Shown here: positions 53,517-61,933 of the stretch, piece after piece
Position numbering within the stretch: the first letter of the stretch is position 1
Layout: every line of letters starts with the position of its first letter
Source of the DNA: Oscillospiraceae bacterium
GTDB lineage: Bacteria; Bacillota; Clostridia; Oscillospirales; UBA929
DNA length: 64,000 bases
Assembly: GCA_031265355.1 (NCBI GenBank)
Contig: JAISCT010000064.1
Location: 1,254 to 65,253 of the forward strand
Direction of reading: 5' to 3'
Notes under the pieces: model-generated
What the model was told of the DNA's origin: nothing
The model's input: only the letters and a program-made list of their open reading frames with translations
Databases searched by the model: none
Translations under genes and position numbers: made by a program

Positions 53517-56500
53517 CTACACCTGCCCGGGAAATGGAATACTTTTTCCACCCGATTCCTCCGCGCGGGCCTTCGCATCCGCCTCTTCGCCGATCTTCCA
53601 CCTTTTCCCGCCGGCAAGAACCGCACCCGCGCGCCAGTCGGCGGGCCGGCGGGGTCGGATGGCAACAGGCGCTCCGTCCCGCCATTGTACGCCGAGGAGA
53701 TGTTCCACAGCCACGCGGTAATACCAAGCGGCGGCGCCCGTGTAGGCGCTCCAACCGCCCCGGCCGGCGTGCGCCTCGTTGTCATATACATCGGCGGCCA
53801 GCACATGCGGTTCCACGCGGTACACGGCCAGATCATGCGTCTCCGGCAGCAGGAGGCGCAGGAGTTCCCAGCCCCGCTCCGTCTGCCCGTCCAGCAGAAA
53901 CCCCATGGCCAGCCATACGGCGGCGTGGGTATACTGTCCGCCGTTTTCCCGCACGCCGGGTACATAGCCCTTGATATAGCCCGGGTCAGGCCCGTCGGAC
54001 CCAAAGGGCGGCGTCAGCAGGCGTACGATGCCCTTCTCTCGGTCGACCAGCCGCGACCAGGCGCTTTGCAGTGCCGTGCGCCGTCGGGCCGTCTCTGCGT
54101 CTGTGGAGCCGGGGACCAGCAGCGCAAAACTCTGGGCAACCGAGTCGATTTGACAGGCCCCGCCTCCGGCGGCGCCCAACGGGGCACCGTCGTCGTAGTA
54201 ACCGCGCCGATACCAGGCCCCGTCCCAGGCCGCTTCCGCCGCCTCCGCCAGCGACGCGGCCGCGTGTCTCTGGCGCGCGGCCGCGGCCGCGTCGCCCCGA
54301 CTCTCACACAGCGCCGAGAGCCTCGTCAACGTGTGGACGGCAAACCATGTCAGCCACACGCTCTCGCCCCGCCCGCCCGCGCCCACGCGGTTGAAACCGT
54401 CGTTCCAGTCGCCGCCGCCCATCAGCAGTAAGCCGTGTGCGCCCGTGCCCCGCGCGAGCACCTGGTCGGCCGCTCGCAGGCAGTGCGCGTACACGGGCTC
54501 CCTGTGGAGCGAGATCGCGGGCGTCTCATAGCGTTCATGCTCTCCTTTTGCCAGCGGCGGCGACGAGAGATAGGGTACCGGCTGGTCAAGCAGAGCGCCG
54601 TCTCCGGTCTTCTCCACATATTCGCACACCGCATAGGGCAGCCACAGGAGATCGTCGCTGCACCGGGTCCGTACGCCCTTCTCACCCAGGCCGGACCGCC
54701 GTACGGCCGGATGCCACCAGTGCTGCACGTCACCCTCCACAAACTGGTGGGCACAGGCGCGCAGGATCTGCCGCCTCGCCGCAGCCGGATCTCCGTAGAC
54801 AAGCGCACACACGTCCTGAAGCTGATCGCGAAAGCCGAAGGCGCCGCCGCACTGATACAGCGAGGTACGGGCGTGCAACCTCACGGCCTGCACCTGATAG
54901 AGCGCCCAACCGTTCAAATAGCGATTCAGCGCCGCGTCCGGCGTCTCCGTTCGGATAGGACACACCCGCGCGCGCCACCAAGCCACTGTCTCCGCGCGCG
55001 CCCGCGCGGCCTCGGCTTCGTCGGCGAGCGCCCGGAGCAACTGCAGCCCAGGTTCGTTGCACGCACAGCCGCACACCAATACGAGCGTCGGCGCGCCGGT
55101 GCGCCAGGGGATCTCGCAGGAAAACGCACCCGGTCGCTCTTTCACCGCCTCCAGCGGCGCGGACGCCAGGATGGCATAGGTCTGCGGGTTATACGCCGCG
55201 CGGTAGTACGACCGGGCCGTGACCATCCCGTCTGCCTGTTTTAGCAAAATCTGATTTTGCGCCGCGTCGTCCGGCCCCATTCTGAGTGCGCTCTCGTAAT
55301 GCAGTCCGGTGCCGGCTGTATCCTTCCCCTCCACACGTACCGTGAGCACCCGGGCCATCCGGTGCGGCGGCACGAAGGCCTCTGTGATCACCTGCGCTGT
55401 GCCGGCCGTCTTCTCCCATCGGGCATACCCGAAACCGTAGGTGACCGTCACCGGGCATCCGTCGCCGTCCGCAAACAGCGACACCAACCGCCCCCTCAGC
55501 CGAACGGCGATCCGTTCGCCGCCGCGCACGGCCAGCGGGTCGTTTATCCACGGTGTCAGTTGGTTCTCCCGAGCGTTGCGCCGCCAGAGGTAACCCGTTC
55601 CGGCGTCGGTCACCAGCGCGCCAAAGGCAGGGTTTGCCAGCACGTGGCTCCAGGCGCAGGGCGGCAGACCCCGCGCCGTGTCGAACTGGAAGGCACCATC
55701 CGGCAACCAGCGGCGCGATGGCGCGGCGATCTCCGGCGGCGCGCAGGACAGCGTCACGGCGATCTCCGGCGGCGCGCAGGGCAGCGTCACGGCGGCGGCT
55801 TCCCCGCAGATCCGGCGCGCCACGGCGCGCAACAGCCGCGTCTCCTCTGGCGTGCAGGCGCCCCTGTCGATCAGATGCACGCCACCCCGCGCCCCCAACG
55901 CGTTCTCCGCGCCGATATGCTTCAGCGTCTCCATCACCAAGTTGCGCGTCGGTCCGCGGTAGTCGGCGCCATCTCCCGTCAGTATGGCGAGATCGCAGGC
56001 CGTCCCGCACAAGGACAGCATCCGATGTTGGCGGATGAGTCGCCCCAGCCGCTCGGCAGGCGTCGCCTCCGGGTCCGTGCACAGGAGCAGCGGCAGGTCC
56101 CCCGAGAGGCCGAATTTCCACAGTTCGCTTTGATCCAGGCGGTTCTGCCGGGCGGCGCCGGGGTCCACACCCGGCCCAAACAGCAGTCCGCTCAGCATGT
56201 CGAAAGCCTCCAGTGCTTCGGCACCCGTCAGTCCGAGCCGCCGCAGCAAGCCTGGCAGGCCTCCGGGCTTTTCCGCCGGGGCGGATAGGCCTGCCAAACG
56301 GGCCGCCGCCGCCACCGCGTCCCGTTCCGTGTCCGCCACCGTGAGCGCGAAACGCACGACGGCCGTCTCTCCGGGCCCAAGCGACAGCGGCACGCGGGCC
56401 AGAACGCAGGGATCCAGCACAGTCCCTCGGCTATGCCCCGGCGGTCGGCGTACCGCACCGTCCAACGCCGCGGCCCCGCCGCGGCCCAACGCTCGCTCGC

Positions 56501-59500
56501 GCGAAGTGTCGTAGGTCACGCCCGGGTGGTCGCAGGTGAACGCCAACCAGGCCTCACCGCCGCCGCCGCGCGGCCGGCGGCGCACCGTGACTGTCTGCAC
56601 ATCGATATATGTCTCCAAAAACAATTTGGAAAACGCCGGGTGGGCGTCGTAGTCCGCCTGCACGGCCAGCACGGGTTCCCAGTAACACGCCAGCGTGAGC
56701 GTTTGGCTCGCCTTGGCGGTGTTTTTCACTGTGGCGGCGCGCCATTCCCCCACCTCGTCGCCGGGTACTCGCGCCTCCCATTGCACGTCCCACCCGTCTG
56801 TTCGAATCCACCACCGCGCGTGGGTCGCGTCGAAGACATATCCGCTCTCCGGCGCCTCGCCGGAGCCAGCAGGCAGGCCGAGGACGCGCCGGCCGTCATC
56901 CAGCCGGAGCACCAGGCCGGACGCGCCGAGGTCCCGGCCCTGCGGATCGAAGCGCGTAAGCTGCCGACCAGCCCCACGGGACGATGTCGCCCCTGTTCCC
57001 ATACAAAGCAGCGTGTAGGAACCGTTGGCAAGCAGATGGCAGACAGACGCTCCTCCGATGGCGCCGGTGCGGTGCCAGTCCTCTGGTGCGGCGCGGGTCG
57101 GCTTTTCGGGCACCTCCCGCCCAAACGGACGCACCGACACGGCGCCGACCGGCACCTTCTCTTGAAGAAGTTCGGCAAAGGCGCCCATCTCCGGATCGCG
57201 CATGAAGCGCCGCTGCATCACCTGGGTGCGCAACGCATTGTCCACGGCCAGCAGACTCATCCCCAAATGGTGCGACATAAAACAGCGCACGATTTCGAAG
57301 GCCCCCCGCCCCGTTCGGCGGGCCGGTGTGAAATCAATCGCCTCAAACAGTCCGTATCGCCCCTCCATCCCCAGCGCGCGCAAGGCACGCAGGTTCCGCA
57401 TCGCCGCCTGCGGCTGGGCGAGCAGCGCTAGGTAGGACGCATAGGGCGACACCACGTATTCCCCGCCCAGCCCTCGCTTGAACGCCAGTCTCGGCACGCC
57501 GTGAGCCTTGTAGCGATACTGCAGCGCGCTGTCGAAGGCGTAAAAGCAGCTCTCTGAAACACCCCAAGGCACACCCCAACCGCGGCCCTGCTTGCGGTGG
57601 CAGTAAACGCAAAAACGGGCGCTCTCAAACAGCAGCGAGTTTTCAAAACAGGGCATCAGCAGGTGCGGCATCAGGTATTCGAACATCGTACCCGTCCAAG
57701 AAGCCATACCGCGATAGCGGTCGTCCATGACCAGCGCCCGCCCCAGCCGCCGCCAGTGCCGCCGCTCTACCTCTCCCCGGGCAATGGCAAGATAACTTGT
57801 CTGCCGCGCCTCCGAGGCCAGCAGGTCGTAATGACTTTCGGAGAGCTGCCCCGTCTCCGCATCCAGCCCAATGGCAAACAGACGCCGCCGGGCATCGTAG
57901 AGCGGCTGAAAGTGCATGGCCCGGGCGAGTTTGTCTGCGCGCGCGGCCAGGTCCCCCGCCGCCGCGTCGCGTAGCTCACCTAACCCTTCCCGCAGCGCGA
58001 TCAGACAGCAGGCGAGGTTGCCTGAGTCCACGGTGGAGACATACCGGGGACGCAGGATCGCCAATGTGCGGGTATCGATCCAGTTGTAGAGATGCCCGTG
58101 CCACTTCGGCAGCTCCTCCAGCGTCGTCAACATCCGCTCGATCAGCCGCAACGCACGTTCAGCGCCCGCGAGGCCGAGGTCGAGGGCGGCCAGCACACAG
58201 AGCAGACCGAGCCCGATGTTCGTGGGCGAGGTGCGGTGCGCGAGCCCGGCGGCCGGCTGTTCCTGCCAGTTGTCCGGCGGCAGGTAATGGTCCTCCGGCG
58301 TGAGGAAGTCCTCAAAATACTGCCAGATGAGCGCCGCCTGCCGCATCAGAAACGCTCGGTCCGCCCCCGGCAGCCGGCGGGGACAGCGGCGGGGCCGTCC
58401 GGTGAGGGAGAGCACCACCGGCGAGAACACCCAGAGGAGGCCCACCACCCAACCGGCGGACGAAAGCAGTGTACACAGCGTTCCCCAGACGACGGCGAAG
58501 CCCATCTTCCGCCCATCGCGCAGAAAGCCGCTGACCGCCGACCGTTCCGACTCGGCGGCCGTCACCCAGCGCAGCAGGCGCCTCCGGCTGACGTGCACTC
58601 GATACAGCGCCGTCGCCGCCGCCTGCAGATAGACGAAGGCCGTATGGGGCAGCAGCAGGAGTTCGAGGCCACATTGCAGCGCAGCGGCGGCCACGCCTGT
58701 GATGATGTCGGAGTGATATCGGATCCGTCCGCCGCCGCGTACAGCCCGCTCAGCAGCCGAAAGCAACAGGCGCGAGGCCGCGCACAGCACGGCCAGCCCT
58801 CCGACGATCCACAAGGGACGGGCGGGCGCGGCAAACCCCAGCGTCAGCGCGAGGAGCAGACACGCGGGCGAGAGGCTACGGCGCAAATTGTCCAATATTT
58901 TCCATTTCGAGAGGATTCCCAACGGATTGCGGCTCCGTCCGCCGGCGCCGTCCCGCACGCGGCGACCGAGCCAGCCGGCGATCTGCCAATCCCCGCGCGT
59001 CCAGCGGTGCAGACGGTCAAACCAAGCTCCCACCCGCGTGGGGCAGCCGTCCGTCAGCTCCACATCCCCAAGCAGCCCCGCGCGCAGGTAGCAACCCTCC
59101 AACAGATCGTGGGAGAGGATCAGATTTTCGGGAAAACGCCCGTCCAGACAGGTAAGATAGGCATCCACGTCGAAGATCCCTTTACCAAGAAAGAGGCCGC
59201 GGCCGAAGAGATCCTGGTAGACGTCGGACGAGGCGCCGCCGTACGGGTCGATGCCCCCCTGCCCGGCGAAGACCCGCGTGAAGAGCGTCCGCCCCGCCGC
59301 CTCAAGATCCACGGCAAGCCGCGGCTGCAGGACCGCGTGGCCTGCGGTCACCACCCGACGCGCCGAGTCGATCTGCGGCGCCGTCAGCGGGTGCAGCATG
59401 GCTCCAACCATCTCGCGCGCCGCGCCGGCGGTCAGCCGGGTGTCGGCATCCAGCGTGATGACATAGCGGATCTTCCGTAGCGGCGCTACATCGCCCGTCG

Positions 59501-60944
59501 CCGTGCGCAGGCCCGTCGGGCGGCCGCGCAGCAGGCGCATCAGCTCCAGCAGCGCGCCGCGCTTCCGCTCCCAACCCATGTACATTCCGTCTCGGACGTG
59601 GAACTGGCGATCGCGCAGAAAGAGATAGAAGCCTCCGTCGTACCTCCGATTGAGCGCAAAGATCGCCTCCTGCGCCGTCCGGAGGACCGACCTGTCCCCA
59701 GGCCGCCGTTTCGCCGGCGCATCCGGCAGATCGGCCAACAGACCAAACAGAAGCCTCTCGCCCGCGTCTCGGTTTGCAAGTTTGTAATTTTCCAGCAGTT
59801 TGCACATCTGCCGAGCCCGTCCGCTGTCGGTCAGCAGCACCGAGATTACACACAGCGCGGATCCATGCGCCGGGAGCCCATGGGCCAGCTCCAGCCTGGG
59901 GATGCGGCGGGGCGAAACCAGGCGCGTCGCCGCGAAATCCACTACCGACTTCACAAGATCCGAGATCGGGAGCAGCAGCAACGCCGCGGCCCACAGCGTG
60001 CCGGACAGCGTGCCCGCCAGCGCCGTCAGCGCCGCTGTGAGAGCAAAGAAAGCTCCGAAATACAGCATCCCGGCCGGTCGGCGACGCCGGCGTCCCAGCG
60101 GCTGCTCCCAGATGTAGTAACCCACATGGCGGCGCCGGCCGGCCGGCGCGCGGCGCGCCAATTTTAGCACGGCCTCGGCGGCCTGCTGTTCGGAGAGGCG
60201 CGCGCGGCGCGCCAAACGGGCGAGCGCCCGGCGGTATTCGGCGCGTGACGATTCATCCATCGCTCCGTATACCTCCGCCGGATCTCGGCGGAGCAGCGCC
60301 TCGATGGTGCTGGCTTCCTGCAGACATTCGGTCAAATCGTCGTTGGCCAGCATCCGCAGTGAGGTAACCGCCTGACCGGTCCACGTACGCAGACGCGCGT
60401 CCGCAGTCGCCGCACGCGCCGGGTCGGCCGCGGACGCGCGCAGCATCTCGTCGCACAGCTCGGCCACGGACTCGACCAGCGCCGCCTTGAGCAGCGGAAC
60501 AAAGAGCCACAGCTCTTTTTCCGAGAGCGGCCACACCGTTTGCGCGCCCGCGAGGTAGCACCCGACCCGCGCCCGGGTGACAATGTTTTGTCCCGCACGC
60601 ACCAAACCGGCCGCGAGCGTGTACACCGCCGGCAGCCCGGTCCGCCGGTCTGCCGGGAACCGCCCGGCGCGCTGCAGTGCCAGCATGGCCTCCCGCGCGG
60701 CGCGCTCCACGAGATAGCGGTTGTCCAACAGCCACTCGACCGCCTGCGGTATGTGTGGCTGCCCGGTCGAAAGGGCTGACAGTTTCAGCGCCGCCGCCCG
60801 AATCGTCCGGAGCTGCCGCCCGAGCCGCCCGGCCAGCCGCGCGCCGCGCGCCGCGCCTTTGCGCTGCAGCGTGCGCGCCGTGTTTTTGGCGTATTGCCCG
60901 AGCCTCGCCTCCTCCACCTGGATCCCCACATCTCCGGCCGACAT
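53517..60944 (-). CDS. Cyclic beta-1,2-glucan synthase-like giant protein (GT84 + linker + GH94 phosphorylase-like; Cgs/ChvB/NdvB family)
   Basis: Multi-TM N-terminal half with IRYVITLDADTRL, SDVYQDLFGRGLFLGKGIFDVDAY and ILSHDLLEGCYLRAG. The C-terminal half has RDQLQDV...FVEGDVQHWWHP. ATG 60944 follows RBS GGAGGTGGG; the track start is 61010. Confidence 0.8.
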   Translation of the reverse strand: MSAGDVGIQVEEARLGQYAKNTARTLQRKGAARGARLAGRLGRQLRTIRAAALKLSALSTGQPHIPQAVEWLLDNRYLVERAAREAMLALQRAGRFPADRRTGLPAVYTLAAGLVRAGQNIVTRARVGCYLAGAQTVWPLSEKELWLFVPLLKAALVESVAELCDEMLRASAADPARAATADARLRTWTGQAVTSLRMLANDDLTECLQEASTIEALLRRDPAEVYGAMDESSRAEYRRALARLARRARLSEQQAAEAVLKLARRAPAGRRRHVGYYIWEQPLGRRRRRPAGMLYFGAFFALTAALTALAGTLSGTLWAAALLLLPISDLVKSVVDFAATRLVSPRRIPRLELAHGLPAHGSALCVISVLLTDSGRARQMCKLLENYKLANRDAGERLLFGLLADLPDAPAKRRPGDRSVLRTAQEAIFALNRRYDGGFYLFLRDRQFHVRDGMYMGWERKRGALLELMRLLRGRPTGLRTATGDVAPLRKIRYVITLDADTRLTAGAAREMVGAMLHPLTAPQIDSARRVVTAGHAVLQPRLAVDLEAAGRTLFTRVFAGQGGIDPYGGASSDVYQDLFGRGLFLGKGIFDVDAYLTCLDGRFPENLILSHDLLEGCYLRAGLLGDVELTDGCPTRVGAWFDRLHRWTRGDWQIAGWLGRRVRDGAGGRSRNPLGILSKWKILDNLRRSLSPACLLLALTLGFAAPARPLWIVGGLAVLCAASRLLLSAAERAVRGGGRIRYHSDIITGVAAAALQCGLELLLLPHTAFVYLQAAATALYRVHVSRRRLLRWVTAAESERSAVSGFLRDGRKMGFAVVWGTLCTLLSSAGWVVGLLWVFSPVVLSLTGRPRRCPRRLPGADRAFLMRQAALIWQYFEDFLTPEDHYLPPDNWQEQPAAGLAHRTSPTNIGLGLLCVLAALDLGLAGAERALRLIERMLTTLEELPKWHGHLYNWIDTRTLAILRPRYVSTVDSGNLACCLIALREGLGELRDAAAGDLAARADKLARAMHFQPLYDARRRLFAIGLDAETGQLSESHYDLLASEARQTSYLAIARGEVERRHWRRLGRALVMDDRYRGMASWTGTMFEYLMPHLLMPCFENSLLFESARFCVYCHRKQGRGWGVPWGVSESCFYAFDSALQYRYKAHGVPRLAFKRGLGGEYVVSPYASYLALLAQPQAAMRNLRALRALGMEGRYGLFEAIDFTPARRTGRGAFEIVRCFMSHHLGMSLLAVDNALRTQVMQRRFMRDPEMGAFAELLQEKVPVGAVSVRPFGREVPEKPTRAAPEDWHRTGAIGGASVCHLLANGSYTLLCMGTGATSSRGAGRQLTRFDPQGRDLGASGLVLRLDDGRRVLGLPAGSGEAPESGYVFDATHARWWIRTDGWDVQWEARVPGDEVGEWRAATVKNTAKASQTLTLACYWEPVLAVQADYDAHPAFSKLFLETYIDVQTVTVRRRPRGGGGEAWLAFTCDHPGVTYDTSRERALGRGGAAALDGAVRRPPGHSRGTVLDPCVLARVPLSLGPGETAVVRFALTVADTERDAVAAAARLAGLSAPAEKPGGLPGLLRRLGLTGAEALEAFDMLSGLLFGPGVDPGAARQNRLDQSELWKFGLSGDLPLLLCTDPEATPAERLGRLIRQHRMLSLCGTACDLAILTGDGADYRGPTRNLVMETLKHIGAENALGARGGVHLIDRGACTPEETRLLRAVARRICGEAAAVTLPCAPPEIAVTLSCAPPEIAAPSRRWLPDGAFQFDTARGLPPCAWSHVLANPAFGALVTDAGTGYLWRRNARENQLTPWINDPLAVRGGERIAVRLRGRLVSLFADGDGCPVTVTYGFGYARWEKTAGTAQVITEAFVPPHRMARVLTVRVEGKDTAGTGLHYESALRMGPDDAAQNQILLKQADGMVTARSYYRAAYNPQTYAILASAPLEAVKERPGAFSCEIPWRTGAPTLVLVCGCACNEPGLQLLRALADEAEAARARAETVAWWRARVCPIRTETPDAALNRYLNGWALYQVQAVRLHARTSLYQCGGAFGFRDQLQDVCALVYGDPAAARRQILRACAHQFVEGDVQHWWHPAVRRSGLGEKGVRTRCSDDLLWLPYAVCEYVEKTGDGALLDQPVPYLSSPPLAKGEHERYETPAISLHREPVYAHCLRAADQVLARGTGAHGLLLMGGGDWNDGFNRVGAGGRGESVWLTWFAVHTLTRLSALCESRGDAAAAARQRHAAASLAEAAEAAWDGAWYRRGYYDDGAPLGAAGGGACQIDSVAQSFALLVPGSTDAETARRRTALQSAWSRLVDREKGIVRLLTPPFGSDGPDPGYIKGYVPGVRENGGQYTHAAVWLAMGFLLDGQTERGWELLRLLLPETHDLAVYRVEPHVLAADVYDNEAHAGRGGWSAYTGAAAWYYRVAVEHLLGVQWRDGAPVAIRPRRPADWRAGAVLAGGKRWKIGEEADAKARAEESGGKSIPFPGQV
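55726..55791 (-). repeat. 33-bp x2 in-frame tandem duplication inside the glucan-synthase-like gene
   Basis: Units 55726-55758 and 55759-55791 differ at one base. They encode VTLPCAPPEIA and VTLSCAPPEIA. Confidence 0.85.
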
Positions 60945-61134
60945 AAACGACACCCACCTCCGACGTTTTTCGTGCGCCGGCGCCGCGCGCCGGTCGCTTT
61001 GCCCTAGCATGGCCCACCGACGGGGCGGCTATACCGGCGCGCTTCGCCTTGTCTTATCTTGTCTTGACAAGACAAAATTGGAGCGCGCATAATGGAGATA
61101 CAGGCAGAGGAATGTCAAAGAGAGGGGGAGCCTC

Positions 61135-61770
61135 ATGACACTGTTCGAGAGAGCCGACCACATCGTGCGCGCCCTGGAAACGCGCTATCCGGACGCCACC
61201 TGCGCGCTCACCTACGAAAAGGACTATGAACTGCTGTTTTCCGTACGGCTGGCCGCCCAGTGTACGGACGCACGGGTAAACATCGTCACGCAGACGCTGT
61301 TTCGCACCTATCCGACGCTTCAGTCCTTCGCCGAGGCAGATCTGCCCGCGCTGGAAGAAGCCGTGCGGCCGTGCGGATTTTTTCGCCTCAAGGCCCGAGA
61401 CATCCGCGCGTCGGCCCGTATGCTGCTGGAGGCATTCGACGGGTGCGTGCCGGACACCATGGAGAATCTGCTGCGCCTGCCCGGCGTGGGGCGCAAAACC
61501 GCCAATCTCATCTTGGGCGACGTATACGACAAGGGCGGCATCGTGGTGGATACGCATTGCATGCGTATCGCAAACCTCCTGGGTCTCTGCCACGAGAAAG
61601 ACCCACACAAGGTCGAGCGAGCACTCGATCCGCTGATCCCGAAGGAGGCGCAGTCGGCCTTCTGTCATCGGCTGGTGTGGCACGGGCGGGATACCTGCAT
61701 CGCGCGGCGGCCCCGCTGCGGCAACTGTGTGCTGCAAGCGCACTGCGATTTTTTCCATCGTAGCGCGTGA
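61135..61770 (+). CDS. nth: Endonuclease III
   Basis: HhH-GPD motif LPGVGRKTANLILG, the catalytic D, and a C-terminal Fe-S cluster C-x6-C-x2-C-x5-C (CIARRPRCGNCVLQAHC). Confidence 0.9.
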   Translation: MTLFERADHIVRALETRYPDATCALTYEKDYELLFSVRLAAQCTDARVNIVTQTLFRTYPTLQSFAEADLPALEEAVRPCGFFRLKARDIRASARMLLEAFDGCVPDTMENLLRLPGVGRKTANLILGDVYDKGGIVVDTHCMRIANLLGLCHEKDPHKVERALDPLIPKEAQSAFCHRLVWHGRDTCIARRPRCGNCVLQAHCDFFHRSA

Positions 61771-61834
61771 CAAGACGCCGTGCGGTTTTCCCAAAAATCC
61801 ACAAAAAAATTCAGGTATTTTCCGCACGGGGCTC

Positions 61835-61863
61835 TTGACAGGATGGTGGGATTGGCGTACTAT
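61835..61863 (+). promoter_or_regulatory. Promoter of nrdD
   Basis: TTGACA (61835-61840), 17-nt spacer, TACTAT (61858-61863). Confidence 0.55.
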
Positions 61864-61903
61864 ATATATGCGTCTGATTTAGGCTCGGCGCAATATATGG
61901 TAT
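61857..61903 (+). promoter_or_regulatory. Two tandem NrdR-box-like AT-rich palindromes
   Basis: GTACTATATATATGCG (61857-61872) and GCGCAATATATGGTAT (61888-61903) have centres 31 bp apart. Box 1 overlaps the -10. Confidence 0.55.
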
Positions 61904-61933
61904 GCTAAAAGCCCTATGACAGGAGTGACCCCC

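Noticed and set aside
61054-61827. 257-aa minus-strand ORF
   Set aside because: It is antisense to nth, which has clear HhH-GPD and Fe-S motifs.
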